A model generated the notes under the pieces. The model had not been told where the DNA came from. It did not search any database and saw nothing but the letters and a program-made list of their open reading frames with translations. This document shows, one piece after another, positions 29,315 through 40,714 of a stretch of 64,000 nt of DNA. Within the stretch, counting starts at the first letter, position 1. Every line of letters begins with the position of its first letter. This stretch comes from Candidatus Poribacteria bacterium (GTDB taxonomy: Bacteria > Poribacteria > WGA-4E > WGA-3G). The stretch spans positions 32,001-96,000 of the forward strand of contig CBDBFU010000007.1 of NCBI GenBank assembly GCA_965205025.1, written 5' to 3'. Made by a program: the position numbers and the translations under genes.

Positions 29315-31264
29315 TTATTCTCCATAAAACTTTTTATTCAAATCTCTATCTTCCTCACTCACCTCAAAATCCGCGTCTTCTATTTCGGAGAGGTTAACAT
29401 AGAGTTGGTTTTTATCCAATAGTTCTACCAAGCAATGTTTCTGTGCATCAAGGTTATCAATAGCGATGAAATCTTGGACTGCTTCTTGCGGCATTTCAGC
29501 GTTGACATACCAGTTTAGGAATGAGTTTTCGGCAATCTCTTTCCAGAGTGCTACAAGTTCATCAGAGGATTGTGCGGCTTGGATTTTTTCCATATAAACT
29601 TGGTTGTATTCCATTAGTTCGCAATAGATAAAATCACCGATGTTTTCTTTTTCCATCACTTTTTCTACGCGTGGAACGGTAACGCTTTCAACATAATCCA
29701 TCTGTTCGACTAAAATGAATTTACGATTTCCATTATCTTGTTTGTTCAATTCTAAAATAGCATGAGCAGTTGTTCCGCTTCCCGCAAAGAAATCAAGAAT
29801 TATGTCGTCCCCACTTCTTTCCGTTAATATTTCAAGGACATCTTTGACAGCATGTATAGATTTTGGATAACTAAAAACTTTCTGCCCTTCAAATAGGTTC
29901 TTTAATAGTTTTGTCCCATGTGAAGATGCGTCATATCTACTGTCAGTCCAGACACTTTTGGGCCGTGTCCCTTCCTTTATCTTGTCAATAATCTTAACCT
30001 TCCATTGACCTGATTTATTCTGCTCAATTTTTATTTCGTTACTATTGACATGTTTTGCAAAGGAAGAACGTGTTTTTCGCCAAACTCTTTTATTACCTTT
30101 ACTATCTAATGGCAAGATTTCAATTTGTTCATCAGAAGTCCTTTCTAAAGAAATATGTTCTCCCTGTGGCAGAAAGTAAATTGGGTAATACGAGTTCGGT
30201 CTTTCTTCAGGAGTTGATAGTCCACCCGTTCTTAAAAAATCACGCCATCTGAAAAGGTTTTTCCCTGTGCCTTCAGTGTATTGTTTCTTTTGTTCATCAG
30301 TTAACTCAAGAAAATTTATTTCTGGCAAACCTGCCTGTTTAGAATAAATGTGTAAGTATTCATGGCATGTGGCAAAATAAGAATCGGTTGTCCTGCCACT
30401 CGGTTTACTCTGAACTATGACCGTGCCCATGTGATTTACTCTACCAAAGACTTCATCACACAAAACAGCAAGATAAGCTTGTTCTTCATCATCAATTGCG
30501 ATTATAATCAAGCCGTCGTCTCGTAATAAGTCTTTAGCTAATTCAAGCCTATTTCTCATAAAAGTGAGCCAGCTTGAATGGTTAAAAGCGTTGTTATATC
30601 CAAAAGTAGTACTTTCACCTTTCGTGTTATATGGCGGGTCAATGTAAATCAATTTAACCTGTCCACGGAATTGCTGTTTGAGGGTGTAGAGAGCGATTAG
30701 GTTATTGCCTTTAATGATTAGGTTTTCACGTATCGTGCCGTTCTCGTCCCGTTGGATTTTTTCTACGTCTTGTTCACCTGCAGCGGTGTGGCGTTTCCAG
30801 TTGGTAAGCACCTTCGGATCAAACATCCGATTGATTTCGTCTTGTGCAAGGATTTCGTTGAAGAATATCTCTTTGCGTTTTTCCTCCTCTTTTGTTTGTC
30901 CGCCTTCAAGAACACAATCTTTGTAGGGCCAAACAAGTGAGACTTCGCCGCGTTCACGAAGGAATTTTCCGTCAATGTTCAATCCAATTTTGTTACGGAA
31001 TTGTGTGTAAGAATTGGAGAGGAAGTTTTTAGCGGTGATGTAGTCAATAAAGGTGTTGTAGTTAAAAATCCAGTGTCCGTCAATTTCGTCAAAGAAGGTT
31101 GTTTTTATGTCAGGGTCGGTCAGCAGTAACTTGATAAGGTTGTGTTCAAGCTTCCATGCGTGGTCTTTGACTGCTGCGGGGAGGAGTTCGCCTGATTCGT
31201 CTGTAAAATCGGGGTTGGTTTTGAGGAGTGCGATAAGTTTTTCGTTGAAGTTTTGTTTTGGCAT
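29315..31264 (-). CDS. mod: Type III restriction-modification methyltransferase, Mod subunit
   Basis: NLIIKGNNL, IYIDPPYN, YPKS and ILDFFAGSGTTAHA in beta-class order. Confidence 0.92.
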   Translation of the reverse strand: MPKQNFNEKLIALLKTNPDFTDESGELLPAAVKDHAWKLEHNLIKLLLTDPDIKTTFFDEIDGHWIFNYNTFIDYITAKNFLSNSYTQFRNKIGLNIDGKFLRERGEVSLVWPYKDCVLEGGQTKEEEKRKEIFFNEILAQDEINRMFDPKVLTNWKRHTAAGEQDVEKIQRDENGTIRENLIIKGNNLIALYTLKQQFRGQVKLIYIDPPYNTKGESTTFGYNNAFNHSSWLTFMRNRLELAKDLLRDDGLIIIAIDDEEQAYLAVLCDEVFGRVNHMGTVIVQSKPSGRTTDSYFATCHEYLHIYSKQAGLPEINFLELTDEQKKQYTEGTGKNLFRWRDFLRTGGLSTPEERPNSYYPIYFLPQGEHISLERTSDEQIEILPLDSKGNKRVWRKTRSSFAKHVNSNEIKIEQNKSGQWKVKIIDKIKEGTRPKSVWTDSRYDASSHGTKLLKNLFEGQKVFSYPKSIHAVKDVLEILTERSGDDIILDFFAGSGTTAHAILELNKQDNGNRKFILVEQMDYVESVTVPRVEKVMEKENIGDFIYCELMEYNQVYMEKIQAAQSSDELVALWKEIAENSFLNWYVNAEMPQEAVQDFIAIDNLDAQKHCLVELLDKNQLYVNLSEIEDADFEVSEEDRDLNKKFYGE

Positions 31265-31563
31265 AAAACAACTATCTCCAAATGCTGTTGGGGTATAAGG
31301 TATTTACGGTATCTTAATAAAATTAATGCGTTACTTTATTTTCGTATCTGTAAGCGAAATTGTCGTCTGGTTCATCACGTTCCTTTATTCCAGTTCTAAA
31401 CGTCTCAACGGATGCTAAAATCCTCTCAACATGATTACCAACAAGATCGGCATGCGGGGAAAGTAAGCAGAAATTATACTATTCCTCCATCGGATGTAAC
31501 CACGTAATTATATCATGCTTGGGTTAAAACGACAAACAAAGTCAGATGGAATCGGTATTGACC

Positions 31564-31671
31564 GACTGTTAAGCCACCATCAATCACAAAGATTGTTCCT
31601 GTTGCGAAACTTGCTTCATTATAGATAAAGAATAAGGCAGCATTTGCTATATCCACAGGTTTTCCAATACG
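31564..31671 (-). pseudogene. C-terminal fragment of a short-chain dehydrogenase/reductase
   Basis: Translates RIGKPVDIANAALFFIYNEASFATGTIFVIDGGLTV with no upstream body. Confidence 0.65.
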
Positions 31672-31928
31672 ATATAACCCGAAGCGTCAATTTAATGAGA
31701 TTCGTATTTTTTAGGTTTGTTTTGAGTTGTCTGAATCGCGGATTACACGGATTACGCGGATAAGAGTGTTTGGAGAGGGTAAGGAGCAAGAACACAAACT
31801 GAATGAAGAGTACTTTATTAATACGGTAATTTTGGAGAAAGATCCAGTGCGGTGAATCAAGGAATCAACGGTATGAATGACATTTAGACATTCACCGGGA
31901 CTTGGTATATTGGTGATAACGACTTCTC

Positions 31929-32205
31929 TAAACATTCCGTCCCTACGGGACTCAATTATGGGATATACACCTTTACTATAAACATTCCGTCCCTACGGGA
32001 CTCAATTATGGGATATACACCTTTACTATAAACATTCCGTCCCTACGGGACTCAAGAATGTGAAACAACTCCCTTTGCTATAGACATTTCGTCCCTACGG
32101 GACTCAGTTTAGGTTTTACATGTTTTTCTATAAACATTCCGTCCCTACGGGACTCAGTATATGTAAAGTCGTATATTCAATAGACATACCGTTTCTACGA
32201 CACTC
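31929..32205. repeat. Array of five to six REP-like palindromic repeats, period about 51 bp
   Basis: AAACATTCCGTCCCTACGGGACTCA repeated, with core palindrome GTCCC-TAC-GGGAC; first two intervening segments identical. Confidence 0.8.
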
Positions 32206-32347
32206 CAATTTTTACAGCTAATTAGTCCTATTTAGATGAAAAATCGTAATGTAGATATTTTAATTGAAAATGGTATAATTTGTATATGATAATCCTTGTA
32301 TCCCGCAAGTCATAATATAAATCTATCAATTGAAAGTGGTATAACTA

Positions 32348-32935
32348 TCAACGAGTTTGATTTTCAAATGTTGTGATGTCTGCTTCATATTGAAGTGTCC
32401 ACCCGATTTCGTCAAGTCCGTTTAGTAGGCAGTATTTCTCAAAGTCGCCTATCTCAAATGTGTGGGTAGTGCCATCAGGACATATAACCGATTGTACTTC
32501 CAAGTCAATCATCAATTGATAGCCTTCTGTGTCTTGTGCTGCTTTGCTTAGTTCTGTGATGACATCTGCAGGTAATGAGACAGGTAGGATTCCATTTTTA
32601 TAGCAGTTGTTACGGAAGATGTCTGCAAAGGAGGGTGCGAGAATGGCTTTAAATCCGTATTGCTGAAGTGCCCAGGGTGCATGTTCACGTGAACTGCCGC
32701 AACCGAAGTTTATTCCTGCAATGAGAATACTTGCGTCAGCATACTGGGGTTGGTTTAAGATAAAATCTGGATTTGGATCACCGTTTTCAAGGTACCGCCA
32801 GTCGTAAAATAGGAATTCACCGAATCCTGTGCGTTCAATTCGTTTTAGAAATTGTTTTGGTATTATCTGGTCGGTATCAACATTAATTCGGTCAAGTGGT
32901 ACGACGAATCCAACGTGTTCTTTAAATGCTTCCAT
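32348..32935 (-). CDS. leuD: 3-isopropylmalate dehydratase small subunit
   Basis: [39 protein letters not shown]. Confidence 0.96.
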   Translation of the reverse strand: MEAFKEHVGFVVPLDRINVDTDQIIPKQFLKRIERTGFGEFLFYDWRYLENGDPNPDFILNQPQYADASILIAGINFGCGSSREHAPWALQQYGFKAILAPSFADIFRNNCYKNGILPVSLPADVITELSKAAQDTEGYQLMIDLEVQSVICPDGTTHTFEIGDFEKYCLLNGLDEIGWTLQYEADITTFENQTR

Positions 32936-33120
32936 TTCAATTAACTCCTTAGCTGCCAATCCAATGTTTTATTTTTCGAGTACACTAACCCCTCCAATCA
33001 GAAACTTTTTTCTGAAGTTCAAGGGAAGTATACTGGTCTCGGTATGCTTTTAATCCACCAATCCATTCTAAGTTTGGTTTTTTTCTATTTTGAACTTCTC
33101 CCGCATTTAGAGAATCAATC

Positions 33121-33235
33121 ATGAAAATTAATTTTTTAAATCGGTAATTTTAAAGAAAGATCCAGTGCGGTTAGCAAACCGCACCTACCGGGTTTGGGAA
33201 AATTAGAATTACCGAAAGATTTATTTAAACTTCAT
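33121..33235. mobile_element. MITE-like element, family B (115 bp), with internal GTAG-type REP
   Basis: ATGAAAATTAA...TTAAACTTCAT ends; internal GTGCGGTTAGCAAACCGCACCTAC; near-identical copy at 45588-45702. Confidence 0.7.
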
Positions 33236-33374
33236 AAATTGATTACTTCTTCTTGAAGTTGGGGAGGGAATTTTCTAATTTTTTCAATGATTATAGATTC
33301 CATTTTATACCTGTATTGCTGATTAGAGGATGTTAATCATATACACTTGGCATCTTGTGTATACCTATTTCTGT

Positions 33375-34775
33375 TTATTCAAATGATCGAATATCAACAA
33401 AATGACCTGTTACAGCAGTTGCTGCAGCCATTTGGGGACTTACAAGGTGTGTGCGTCCACCTTTACCTTGTCTGCCTTCAAAGTTTCTGTTAGATGTACT
33501 GGCACACCTTTGACCTGGTGTTAGCGTGTCTGGATTCATTCCAAGACACATACTGCATCCTGCTTCTCGCCATTCGAAACCTGCTGATTGGAAGATTTCA
33601 TCAAGTCCTTCAGCTTCGGCTTGCCGTTTGACGGCTTGTGAACCAGGGACAACCATTGCGCTGACGGTGTCTGCAACCTTTCTGCCTTTTGCCACTTCTG
33701 CTGCTGCACGGAGATCACTAATCCGGGAATTGGTACAACTGCCAATAAAAACCCTTTCTACAGGGATGTCAGTCATTGGCGTACCGGGTTTTAGTCCCAT
33801 ATATTCTAATGCGTGTTCTGTAGCACGTTTTTCATCTTGTGATGACATGTTAGCGGGATCTGGCACCTGTCCAGTAACATCGGTGACCATTCCAGGGTTT
33901 GTACCCCAGGTGACTTGGGGTGCTATATCGGCAGCGTCAAGTGTGAGTGTTTTATCATAGGATGCCCCGTCATCTGTTGGAAGTTGTTTCCAACGTTTAA
34001 CTGCAGCATCAAATTCTTCGTCTTTCGGAGTGAAACGTCTTCCAGCAAGATATTCATAGGTTGTATCATCAGGGGCAATCATACCTGCCCTTGCACCTGC
34101 TTCAATTGACATATTACATACTGTCATCCGTTCTTCAATACTAAGGGCTCGGATAGTGGAACCGGTGTATTCTACTACTGCCCCGTTGCCACCATCAATG
34201 CCGATATGTCCGATAATGGAGAGGATGATGTCTTTTGCTGTTACCCCATAAGGGAGTGTGCCGTCAACACGGATTTCAAAGGTTTCGGATTTATGTTGTA
34301 GTAAGCATTGTGTAGCAAGGACATGTTCAATTTCACTTGTTCCGATACCAAAAGCGAGTGCTCCTAATGCACCATGTGTTGAAGTGTGGCTATCACCACA
34401 TACTATGGTCATGCCGGGTTGTGTGATACCGAGTTCAGGTCCGATGACATGGACGATTCCTTGATCGGGACTGTTGATGTCGTAGAGTGGAATGTCAAAT
34501 TCTTCACAGTTCTGTGATAGTGTCTCCATTTGCTTCGCAGCTATCTGGTCTTTGATGGGTAGACTTCGATCCGTTGTTGGCACGTTATGATCCATCGTTG
34601 CGAAGGTCAATTCGGGACGGCGTACTTTTCTGTTGTTGAGTCGTAACCCTTCAAATGCTTGTGGGGATGTGACTTCGTGTACAAGGTGTGTGTCGATATA
34701 TAGTATGGGAACTTCGTCTTCGGATGCCCGGACGAGATGTGTGTCCCATATCTTTTCGTACATTGTTTTCTTCAT
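33375..34775 (-). CDS. leuC: 3-isopropylmalate dehydratase large subunit
   Basis: [47 protein letters not shown]. Confidence 0.97.
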   Translation of the reverse strand: MKKTMYEKIWDTHLVRASEDEVPILYIDTHLVHEVTSPQAFEGLRLNNRKVRRPELTFATMDHNVPTTDRSLPIKDQIAAKQMETLSQNCEEFDIPLYDINSPDQGIVHVIGPELGITQPGMTIVCGDSHTSTHGALGALAFGIGTSEIEHVLATQCLLQHKSETFEIRVDGTLPYGVTAKDIILSIIGHIGIDGGNGAVVEYTGSTIRALSIEERMTVCNMSIEAGARAGMIAPDDTTYEYLAGRRFTPKDEEFDAAVKRWKQLPTDDGASYDKTLTLDAADIAPQVTWGTNPGMVTDVTGQVPDPANMSSQDEKRATEHALEYMGLKPGTPMTDIPVERVFIGSCTNSRISDLRAAAEVAKGRKVADTVSAMVVPGSQAVKRQAEAEGLDEIFQSAGFEWREAGCSMCLGMNPDTLTPGQRCASTSNRNFEGRQGKGGRTHLVSPQMAAATAVTGHFVDIRSFE

Positions 34776-34850
34776 ATCTATTCCATTACCTCTGTTCTGT
34801 TTGTCCATAAAAAAATAAAAGTTGTCAATAGGAATTCGCCAACCGGAGTA

Positions 34851-35246
34851 TTAGGGTTGGATGATCCGCTGTTGTTTGAGGGTTTCGATTTCCTGTGTGA
34901 GTGTTTCAATCTGCTCTTCAAGGGTGTGATCTTTTCTGCTTCGCCTATGTGCTAATATGCCCCACACAGTTGCACCGAGCGCGAGAACCGCCCAAGGGAT
35001 ACCGATACAGGCAATGATGATGTTATTCTGTCTGTCAAAACCCTTCTGAACATTGTCAAATCTCTTATCAAGATTGTCAATATCCTGTTGAACATTTTCA
35101 AATCCCTTGTTCATAATTTCTTTTAGATTCTTGATTTCAGTCTTAATTACTGCGATGTCAGTCTCTACAGTATTCTGTGGTATTTGACAGAAAGCAGGTA
35201 GCACAAACACTGAAAGAAATATTGAGAGGGCAAGTATCGTTTTCAT
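34851..35246 (-). CDS. Small exported coiled-coil/membrane protein
   Basis: Signal-like MKTILALSIFLSVFVLPAFC, coiled coil, TM IIIACIGIPWAVLALGATVWGIL. Confidence 0.6.
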   Translation of the reverse strand: MKTILALSIFLSVFVLPAFCQIPQNTVETDIAVIKTEIKNLKEIMNKGFENVQQDIDNLDKRFDNVQKGFDRQNNIIIACIGIPWAVLALGATVWGILAHRRSRKDHTLEEQIETLTQEIETLKQQRIIQP

Positions 35247-35664
35247 AAAGTATTCCAGTACCAGTTTCATTTATCCCCTACAAAGGTGAAAGGATGGCAG
35301 ACACGTCTGGTTCCCAGAATGCTGCACAATGCCACCCAAAACTGTACAACTTAATTATGTGTCTTTTCGTAGACCCGTTGATCAATATATCACCAAGAGC
35401 TATTAACAACAGTATCATATCCTAAACAACAGTATCATACTATAAAAACACCCTAAAATCAAACAAAAGTCGCATTCTGGGTGTGTAAAGTTTATGGCAT
35501 TAATTTTACGTAATAGAAACGGATCAAATACATTTTTTAGTATAAACTATATCAAAATCTAATTTTACACTTTTCCATAAGACTATAAAATTAATTGAAG
35601 AAAACACAAATATCTAACAACTAACACACATATATCACAATAATATAAAATAAATTAAAAATAT

Positions 35665-35693
35665 TTGTCAAAATGCAAATAAAATGATACAAT
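35665..35693 (+). promoter_or_regulatory. Sigma70-type promoter
   Basis: TTGTCA-17 bp-TACAAT with extended -10 TG; homologous to 19147-19175. Confidence 0.55.
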
Positions 35694-36894
35694 ACTATAT
35701 CGTTCAATAATTGCAAACTAAGGCTAACACATTTATCTGTAGAATAGGAATATCCATGTTAGAATTACAACTAAAACATTCAGAATTATCACCTTTTGAG
35801 AATCGTTCTCAAAACATATATAGTCAAAATCTAAAAAAGGGGTTACAGAGGAATATCAATGCGAATTCAACCGAATATTTTTTTAGTTTTTCAAATTTTA
35901 AAATTTTACACCTATTAATCAAATCCTTTGTTATCCCAACCCACAACAGGGTTTTCGGCTCATTAAAAAATCATTTCTTAAAAACAGACTCAAAAAACTT
36001 GAAAAACTCAAAAAACTTAAAATTAGACCGACTTCAAACAGAACAGACTATCATACACACCAGAAATCTACAGTGTACCTCATTACTACGAATCGTCCAT
36101 ACATATATAATTCTCTTCATAGAATTCGGATTTCCCTGTCCGTTGGTTCAAAATATTGTAAATGGTAAGACCAATGAATCCTCCAAATCTATGATTTATC
36201 GGATATTTTCTAATATCTTGTCAAAATGGACGGTTAGGATATTTCACATTCAAACGATTCCAAATCAATGGATTAAAAGAAAAGTAAAAGACACAAGTTC
36301 CGTCATTTTTGCAAATTCTTGTAACCTTAAAAAAGTGTCTCTAAACCCAGTGTAGTACTGACGGGAGAGGGGTTTTATCAATGTCACACCATGTGACAAA
36401 AAGTGTAACTTTTTTCAACATATTGGAAATATAAATATAACGATTGTGAATTGCTAAAAACAGTAAATTTACACAAGAATTACCCTTGGTTCAATATAAT
36501 ACATGGAAAAAAGAACCCTATGATTCCGTAATATTCATGCCAAAAACTTTACACACCCTCAACGGTATGAATGCTATTTAGCATTCACCGGGTATGAATC
36601 CTTATGCCATTCCCCGGGGTTTGTACGTTTTCTACACACCTTTCGTCCCGCTGGGGCTGTTATGAGTAAGGGACGAACCTAAAAATAAAACATCATTTCA
36701 GGAGTAATTCGGGTTTCGCTTCGCTCTACCCAACCTACAAGTTGAGTAAGGAGAGACCACTTTTAACAGATTAATTCTAAATAGACTATTCCCAACAATT
36801 ATTAACCATTACCTAACAACCATAAATCAATAAAAATGGCTTGAACCCATTAAATTACTGTGTTCAAGCCAATCTATACTAAGAAATATCTTTA

Positions 36895-37804
36895 CTAACG
36901 AGTTTTTATATCTCCCCAAGTTGTTGTCAACTTATCTTCAGGTTCTACAGACAGAAATTCTCCATCCATAACTTGTTTAATTTCGTCAACTGACAAGGCA
37001 CGACCAAATAGATAATACTCATCCAGTAGTCCTGCATACCATCGACCATTCTTATGGTGACCGATTCCTGCAGTCACACCCCAATCATCTGAGAGTTTAC
37101 CATTCCCTTTAGCATTATGTGTCATTTCACCATCAATATAGGTTATGGCATCCCCGCTATCGCTGTCGTATGTTCCAGCAAAATGTACCCATTTATCTGC
37201 TTCAATCACTGGACCTGGGTTGATATTGAAAACCTGTGCATTGGCATTATTTCGATGGAAGAATCTAAATCCACCTGGACGAATCTCCATATGGTAGAGT
37301 CCGCTTTCATGACCCGTGCCAATTGCATCAAGCAACGTCTGAGGATCTCCAGAACCGGTATGGTTGACCCAAACAGCGATGGTGAAACCATCCAATGGTG
37401 CGTTCACAAATTCAGGACCGTTCATATCGATCCATACGTTAGTTTCCAATGCGATAGCCTTCCCTATTACACCTTTTTCCCATTTTGCATTTCCTTCTAC
37501 TGTACCATCGTTACCATTAACAGATCCATCCTTAACAGTTTCCCCTTCTTTATCAAAACTATAGTAAACCGATAAAGTTGGATCGCTAAGATCTGCATTT
37601 GCGGGGTGTAAACACACTCCTACAAAAAACAATATTGAAAAACAGACAGGACTTACGCAACTTAAGCAGAAAAAGGTAAAATTTGACTTAAAAAGCCGTC
37701 ATTTCAGTGTTTTAACCCCCTAAATCCCCCTTATCAGGGGGACTTTAAGATGAAATGCGTAAGTCCTGACAGATATATATCTGTCTCGTCCTACTCTTAC
37801 ACAT
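36895..37804 (-). pseudogene. LamG-like jellyroll protein with poribacterial C-terminal motif; signal peptide interrupted by a MITE
   Basis: YYSFD, KWVHFAGTYD, GLLDEYYLFGRALS; C-terminal SVEPEDKLTTTWGDIK; removing 37647-37768 plus one target duplication restores a 260-aa frame from ATG 37804. Confidence 0.8.
37647..37768. mobile_element. MITE, family C (122 bp)
   Basis: 13-bp terminal inverted repeat CAGGACTTACGCA/TGCGTAAGTCCTG; 5-bp target duplication ACAGA (37642-37646, 37769-37773). Confidence 0.9.
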
Positions 37805-38034
37805 TGATTTTTTCCTTTCTAAACTTGTAAATAAAGTTTACATTGCCTAATTACCTGTAATATTACAAATAACCTGCAATCAAATTTATCTCATTTTTCA
37901 TATATCTCTTGATCTAAGTCAAGAAAAATCAGAGGTGAAAACGATACCGTTCACCATTAACAACTACAAATGAAATTGGCTTGAATCAGTGATAGACCGA
38001 ATCCAAGCCAATTTGGAATATTTGAGACTCTACG

Positions 38035-38851
38035 CTATCGATGAGACTTAATGTCTCCCCAAGTTGTTGCCAACTTATCTGAAGGTTCAACCGCTAAAAG
38101 TGCTCCATTCATTACTTCCGATATTTCATCTTCTGGTAGAGCGCGACCAAAAATGTAATACTCATCCAAACGTCCATCGAACCATCGACCATTCTTATGA
38201 TGACCAATTCCTGCAGACACACCCCAGTTATCGGAACATTTTCCAGATCCAGCACCTGTGTGAGTTTCTTCTCCATTAATATAAGTTCTAATATCTCCTG
38301 AATCACTATCATAAGTTCCGGCAAAGTGAACCCACTTATTCGCTTCTATGACTGGACCTGGATTAATATTGAAGACAGTTGTGTTTGATCCATCCGATGA
38401 AAGAATCTGAAACCACCTGTACGAATTTCCATATGGAATAGACCACTTCCATGATCTGTACCAATGGCATCAAGTAATGTTTGTGGATCACTTGAACCTG
38501 AATGATTGACCAAACAGCGATGGTGAAGCCATCAACTGGTCCACCCTCAAATTCTGGACCATTCATATCAATCCAAGACTGGTTTTCCAAAACAATAGCA
38601 TTTCCATAAACGCCTTCTTCCCGATTGACATCCCCAACAATTGTACCATGGTTTCCGTTAAGTGAATTGTCTTTCACTGTATCACCATCTTCATCGAAAT
38701 TATAATACACTGAAAGTGTTGGATCATTCACTTGCGCTTCAGTATAGATCATACCAGTTACCATAAACACGATTATAGCAGTGCTGATACAGTAATATCT
38801 TATCAATTTTCTATACATATTGCTCCTTAATATTGTGAATAATTTCATCAA
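38035..38851 (-). CDS. LamG-like protein, paralog of 36895-37804, frameshifted
   Basis: DPTLSVYYNFD..WIDMNGPEF; C-terminal AGIGHHKNGRW..AVEPSDKLATTWGDIK in another frame. Confidence 0.75.
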
Positions 38852-38939
38852 TAAATGAGAATTAATAGTTTTAAATTGACTCTATTCATAAAGATCTCGG
38901 TATATAAACCCAAGAACCGATACAAATTGAACCTCTTTA

Positions 38940-38999
38940 TCTTCAATATGATAACACATTAACATATTTTCTTCAATATGATAACACATTAACATATTT
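38940..38999. repeat. 30-bp tandem duplication
   Basis: TCTTCAATATGATAACACATTAACATATTT occurs twice back to back. Confidence 0.8.
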
Positions 39000-39254
39000 T
39001 GTCAACTAACTTTGATAGATTGAAATGTCTGTATTCAAATTGATATTCTTAATATACTATGTTAATATAAGGTGAGTTTGATAAGACACATTGTAACCCG
39101 AACTTTTAGTTAACACCAGAGTGCACAAACTGGAAAGTTTGTGCTACAAAGACTATCTTCAGGACAAAATTCTGTTTATCGAACTGACATTTTTTAGTAT
39201 CAAACTGATGTTAATATAATATAATATATAGAAAACTTTTAGGAGAATAGTACT

Positions 39255-40117
39255 ATGAGATCTATAATAATATGTCAATGTATGATTATAAAGATATTAT
39301 TATCCGTAATATTCGCTCTTCCAGTATATTCATCTGATATCACTGTTGGTTTTATAACATCCGGTGATGAACCGCATGAAGTTGAAGAAGCAGCTTACAA
39401 TTGGGTAGATGAGAATTATCAAACGGCAAGGTTAATTGCAAATGATAATGGTACATTTAAGAATAACGCTGGAGTTGCATTGAAATTAGATCAATACGCC
39501 GTTCTATGGCTCTTACATACAAAAACAAATAAATTACCTGATGCATTTCTATCGGATGGAACTAAGAAAGCAGTTCTCGACTATATAGAATCAGGTGGGA
39601 GCATCTTCCTTTCTGCTGTAGGACTCCGATACGTCGTAGATCTTGGTGTGGAAAAAGGTGGGAATCCGCGGGTGTTTCAACCCCCTTGGCAAGGGACCTC
39701 CACCAATTGGAGTAAAACCGACAGCTGAGGCTAAAAACCATCCCATCTTCAAAGGTTTTGATACAAATGGACCTATATTCCTTACAAGTATGGACCAGGG
39801 TGGATTCACTTCAGACTTTCATAACTTTGCAGCTAAAGAATCCCACAGGAACAATACTTGGTACAAAAACACGTGGTGGAGGAGCAGGCGGAGGTGAACG
39901 TCCTTTAGTTGAGTATGATGTTCAGGATGGAAAAATTATCACCCTTGGTCACCACAATGGTGTCTATACTGATAATAAGTCAGAAGAAAGTGATAACCTT
40001 AGAATGCTCACTAAGAATATACTGAATTACCTTGCGGATAATTCTGCTTTTCTATCTGTTCAACCGAAAGGGAAATTGACGACCAAGTGGGGTAGATTAA
40101 AGTCTACATTTGAATAA
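39255..40117 (+). CDS. Secreted glutamine-amidotransferase-like/ThuA-like protein with poribacterial C-terminal motif; two frameshifts
   Basis: Signal peptide, AVLDYIESGGSIFL, HPIFKG; ends SVQPKGKLTTKWGRLK. Confidence 0.6.
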
Positions 40118-40139
40118 TAAGTCTGGATTTTTTACTTTA

Positions 40140-40172
40140 AAGAACCCGTAGCTATTGATATTACGGGTTCTT
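40140..40172 (+). terminator. Intrinsic terminator
   Basis: AAGAACCCGTA/TACGGGTTCTT stem followed by a T-rich tract, between convergent genes. Confidence 0.65.
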
Positions 40173-40209
40173 CTTGTTTTTCTATAGATTTTACTTCTAT
40201 TTGATTGTC

Positions 40210-40519
40210 TTATTCATCATTTTGAATTTGTTGTAATTCAATTGATGGATTTAGGCGGGAATGATGTAAGACCCAATAGATTCCTGCGACAAATACACCG
40301 CCAATGAGTGTGGCGAAGAACCATATACTGGTATGGACAAAGAAGATTCTGCGTCCTTCTTTACGTAATCGTAATACATCCAGATATACACCAAACCCAA
40401 AAAACGATGTGCACTATAACTGATAAAACTACAAATACAGTTGTCCAAAATACTATTGCAGATGGTGGTATTATATTAAATATATTAATAAGATTTGTAA
40501 TGAAACTTTGTCTATCCAT
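40210..40519 (-). CDS. Small membrane protein (about 102 aa), frameshift in a homopolymer near 40400
   Basis: ATG after GGAG; MDRQSF..VFWTTVFVVLSVIVHIVF continues as GFGVYLD..IWFFATLIGGVFVAGIYWVLH after removing one base. Confidence 0.55.
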
Positions 40520-40714
40520 TGGTATTCTCCTACAATATGTACTTTTATTTTTTGAAAATCGGAAAGAACATATAAACTCATCCTATTCACATCATATCAA
40601 CACTATGAACACAGCAGCTGGATTCCTTATCATTGTCAATATTTTGACACAATCTAACCATGCTGCTATTATGATAACTATAATATCATAAAGATAGTCT
40701 TGTAATACCAAAAA

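Noticed and set aside
31929-32205. Bona fide CRISPR array
   Set aside because: No cas genes nearby, short AT-rich and partly duplicated intervening segments, and related motifs dispersed elsewhere; annotated as a REP-like repeat instead.
35711-36355. 214-aa ORF as a full protein
   Set aside because: Composition follows A/T-run repeats and no domain is recognisable; treated as part of the non-coding element.
39255-39728. Further Sec read-through at other TGA-terminated split ORFs (39726, 1475, 14250, 14605)
   Set aside because: In each case homology continues in a different frame before the stop, so these are frameshift artefacts, not in-frame UGAs.
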